Made by a program: the position numbers and the translations under genes
Assembly: GCA_963771275.1 (NCBI GenBank)
Contig: CAVYSW010000006.1
Coordinates: 64,001 to 128,000, forward strand
DNA: 64,000 nt
Direction of reading: 5' to 3'
Source of the DNA: an uncultured Gemmatimonadales bacterium
GTDB lineage: Bacteria > Gemmatimonadota > Gemmatimonadetes > Gemmatimonadales > GWC2-71-9
Shown: piece after piece, positions 61,944-64,000 of the stretch
Position numbering within the stretch: the stretch's first letter is position 1
How the letters are laid out: the number at the start of each line of letters is the position of its first letter
Notes under the pieces: generated by a model
Told to the model about the DNA's origin: nothing
Database searches by the model: none
What the model saw: only the letters and a program-made list of their open reading frames with translations

Positions 61944-62192
61944 TTATGATTGGCGTCTCGTAAGCTCGTCCACCAGTTTCACGGCATCCTCTGATACCCA
62001 GCTGCGTAGGACATTGTGCCGCGGAACGCCCATGGTCAAGTCCGGATGATCAGGGTGTTCACAGATTGTATGCTTACCTCCCTCCTCAACGCGAAAGCCG
62101 AAGCCCCGGAGCATCGAGCAGACCTCGTCATGGCCCCAGCCGTGCTTAGTCGCCCGCATGCGCACAAGCAGCCTCTCTGCGCTCCGGCTCAT
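61944..62192 (-). CDS. hicA: HicA-family toxin
   Basis: LRGFGFRVEEGGKH..HPDHP..VPRH. Confidence 0.8.
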   Translation of the reverse strand: MSRSAERLLVRMRATKHGWGHDEVCSMLRGFGFRVEEGGKHTICEHPDHPDLTMGVPRHNVLRSWVSEDAVKLVDELTRRQS

Positions 62193-62193
62193 T

Positions 62194-62616
62194 TCAGTGC
62201 GTCAGCCGAGCGTCGCGCGCCTGGACAGCATAGAGAGGGACGCTTCCTACGTGCCTTCCATCGATTTTCACGGCGAAGTCGTAGGCTCCCGCGTGGGGTA
62301 GCGTGATGTTGGGAAGCTCCATGACGAATTCCCAGGCGAGTGGGGCGTCTGGGTACACTCGACCCTCAGGCTTCAGATCAAACGCGATCTTCTGGGACTT
62401 GCCACACACCTGTCCGTCAGCGTCGATCAGTTCAATAACCAAGTGATGTGCACCGGCTTCGAGTCGCGAGCCCTCCACCCGCACGAGAATCGACAGACTC
62501 TTGTGAATGACTGGAAAGGCGGGAGCGGCAATCAAGTCGAAGATCCCGATGACGATCTTCTTGTTGGCCTGCCCTGGGGTGATGTGGTCGGCAATGAAGC
62601 CGTAGCGGAGATACAT
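62194..62616 (-). CDS. DUF6941-like small beta-sandwich protein
   Basis: FIADH..KKIVIGIFD..FP..LPHAGAYDFAVKIDG..GSVPL; GGAG RBS; directly upstream of hicA. Confidence 0.65.
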   Translation of the reverse strand: MYLRYGFIADHITPGQANKKIVIGIFDLIAAPAFPVIHKSLSILVRVEGSRLEAGAHHLVIELIDADGQVCGKSQKIAFDLKPEGRVYPDAPLAWEFVMELPNITLPHAGAYDFAVKIDGRHVGSVPLYAVQARDARLTH

Positions 62617-62762
62617 GTTGGACTCCCGTCACCTGCGTTTCCCGACCGACGCCGTGTAGTCGTTTGTCACAGCCATTGGCACAGCGCATTGGTGTCGCGC
62701 CTCGCCAACGGCTCGGTGCGCCCCGAGCTGGCGATTTCCTGACCCCCGAAACCCTGCCGGTC

Positions 62763-62781
62763 GGTTACCCGGCGGTTACCC
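62763..62781. promoter_or_regulatory. Putative integrase arm-type sites (right)
   Basis: GGTTACCCGGCGGTTACCC; 18/19 match to 54920-54938. Confidence 0.65.
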
Positions 62782-62831
62782 TGGCTCCAGACCTCCGCGC
62801 CTGAAATCGGCTAAGTGCTTGCGGGACAACA

Positions 62832-62904
62832 TGGAGCGGACGGGATTCGAACCCGTGACCCCCTGCTTGCAAAGCAGGTGCTCTCCCAACTGAGCTACCG
62901 CCCC
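62832..62904 (-). tRNA. tRNA-Ala(TGC), integration target
   Basis: GGGGCGG/CCGCTCC acceptor stem with G3:U70; CCTGC-TTTGCAA-GCAGG anticodon arm; GGTTCGAATCC. Confidence 0.96.
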
Positions 62905-62939
62905 CACGACCACGTAGCCCCTCCAGCGGGCAGCGCCGC

Positions 62940-64000
62940 TCAGCGACCACCCGCGTCGGGGACTTCGATCACGATGAATCGGGCATCGTCCCGGCCGATG
63001 CCCCGGAACCAGGCGATCAGATCGCCCAGTTGCTCAGGCGGGAAGATACCGCGCGCCCCGCTCAGGCGGCGGGTGACCCGAAGCACGCGCCCTTCCTGAG
63101 CGTACGTCGCCACATAGCTGCCAAACACGCTCCCGGCCGAATCGCCGGCCGGAAGCCGCGCCTTCCAGCCGGCGGGCAGGGTGAGCTGGATCTCGGTGAC
63201 CGCGGCTTCGGGCCCGATCACCTTCGCGGCGTCGATCGGGAGGGTCCGCGCGGGAAGCGCGGCCAGCTCGGCCGCCCCGGCGGCGAAGGCCTGGGTACTG
63301 CCGAGTGGCAGCGTCAGGATGAACGTGCTGCCCGAGCGCTCGGCCGCCCGACCGTGCCGCAGCCGGACCGCCACGGCGGGCTCCGCTTCCAGATCCTTGC
63401 CGACGAAGGCGATCAGGCTGTCACCCGCCGCCCCGTCGAACACCTTCTGCCCCATCGCCCGGAGAAACGTCGCCTTCCGCGTCGAGTCGAACGGCGTCCA
63501 GAAGGCGTCGCGCAGGTCGTACTCCTGGGAGCCCGCGGCGCGCTGCCGGTACCACCCCTCGAAAGTACCCGAGCGTATCCAGCGTGCCGGTGATTTCGGT
63601 CTCCGTGCGGTTGGCCGATGCCGAGTCGAGCGGCAGAGTCACCACCTGGCCGCGACCGTCGGGGTGTACGACGAGGCCGAACTCCCCCTGCTCCGCGGCC
63701 GGCAGGAGTCCCAGTGGCACGGCAGCCGCGGTGAGGTCCGCGTAGAGATCGCTGCCGTCGGGCCGCACCACCGCCGCGATGGCGTGGTCCAGCTGCTGGA
63801 CGGACGGGAGGTCGCGGACGACCGCGCCGGAGGCGTTGAGCAGTACCGGGTACGCAGTGATGCCGAGGTCGCCGAGGGCCGCGACGAAGATCGTCGCCTT
63901 GTCCTTGCAGTCGCCAAACTCCGTCTCGAACACCTTGGCGGGAGAACGCGGCTGGTAGCCTCCGAGGCCGAGCGCGATCGACACGTACCGAATGTCCTGC
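62940..64000 (-). CDS. Transglutaminase-like (DUF3857/DUF3858-type) protein; 5' end outside the window; frameshift near 63556
   Basis: IRYVSIALG.GGYQPR; GDCKDKA; DHAI. Removing one G from a G4 run joins the frames (GWYRQRAAG..MGQKVFDG). Confidence 0.8.

Larger units (their letters stand above)
54766..62873. mobile_element. ~8.1 kb integrative element (phage-satellite-like island) in tRNA-Ala(TGC)
   Basis: 43-bp direct repeats at both ends equal to the tRNA 3' half; tyrosine integrase and Xis-like HTH at the left end; defence/TA cargo at the right end. Confidence 0.92.

Overview
High-GC bacterial chromosome segment; the gene complement and TonB/TBDR style suggest Gemmatimonadota (inference only). 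Most of 1-54 kb is housekeeping: diacetamido-uronic acid sugar genes (wbpB/E/D-like), murB, carB, rmd/gmd, rpmB, a stand-alone rpmJ-rpsM-rpsK-rpsD-rpoA-rplQ operon, pyrF/pyrD, amidase, smpB, tRNA-Leu(CAG), moeB, an Rrf2 regulator, aspartase/fumarase, trxB, a peroxiredoxin with an in-frame UGA at its catalytic Cys position (probable selenoprotein), 2-oxoacid dehydrogenase E2/E1-beta with a catalytically degenerate IS200-like TnpA between them, copZ/copA/cupredoxin, ino1 plus a CDP-alcohol phosphatidyltransferase, a peptidoglycan-recycling cluster, TonB-ExbBD, two-component genes, a TBDR, Fe/Mn-SOD, Crp and a broken sodC. The most unusual part is an ~8.1 kb element integrated at the anticodon loop of tRNA-Ala(TGC), bounded by 43-bp direct repeats (54766-54808 and 62831-62873). 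It has a tyrosine integrase, an excisionase-like HTH and small Zn-finger genes, but no recognisable capsid, portal, large terminase or primase. It carries a miniature phage tail-fibre-like gene with a coupled partner, a hairpin-rich noncoding segment, an integron attC-like site directly before a HEPN gene, and a three-gene HicAB operon. Single-base frameshifts in murB, carB and the last gene look like long-read/assembly errors, so other frame disruptions here need caution.
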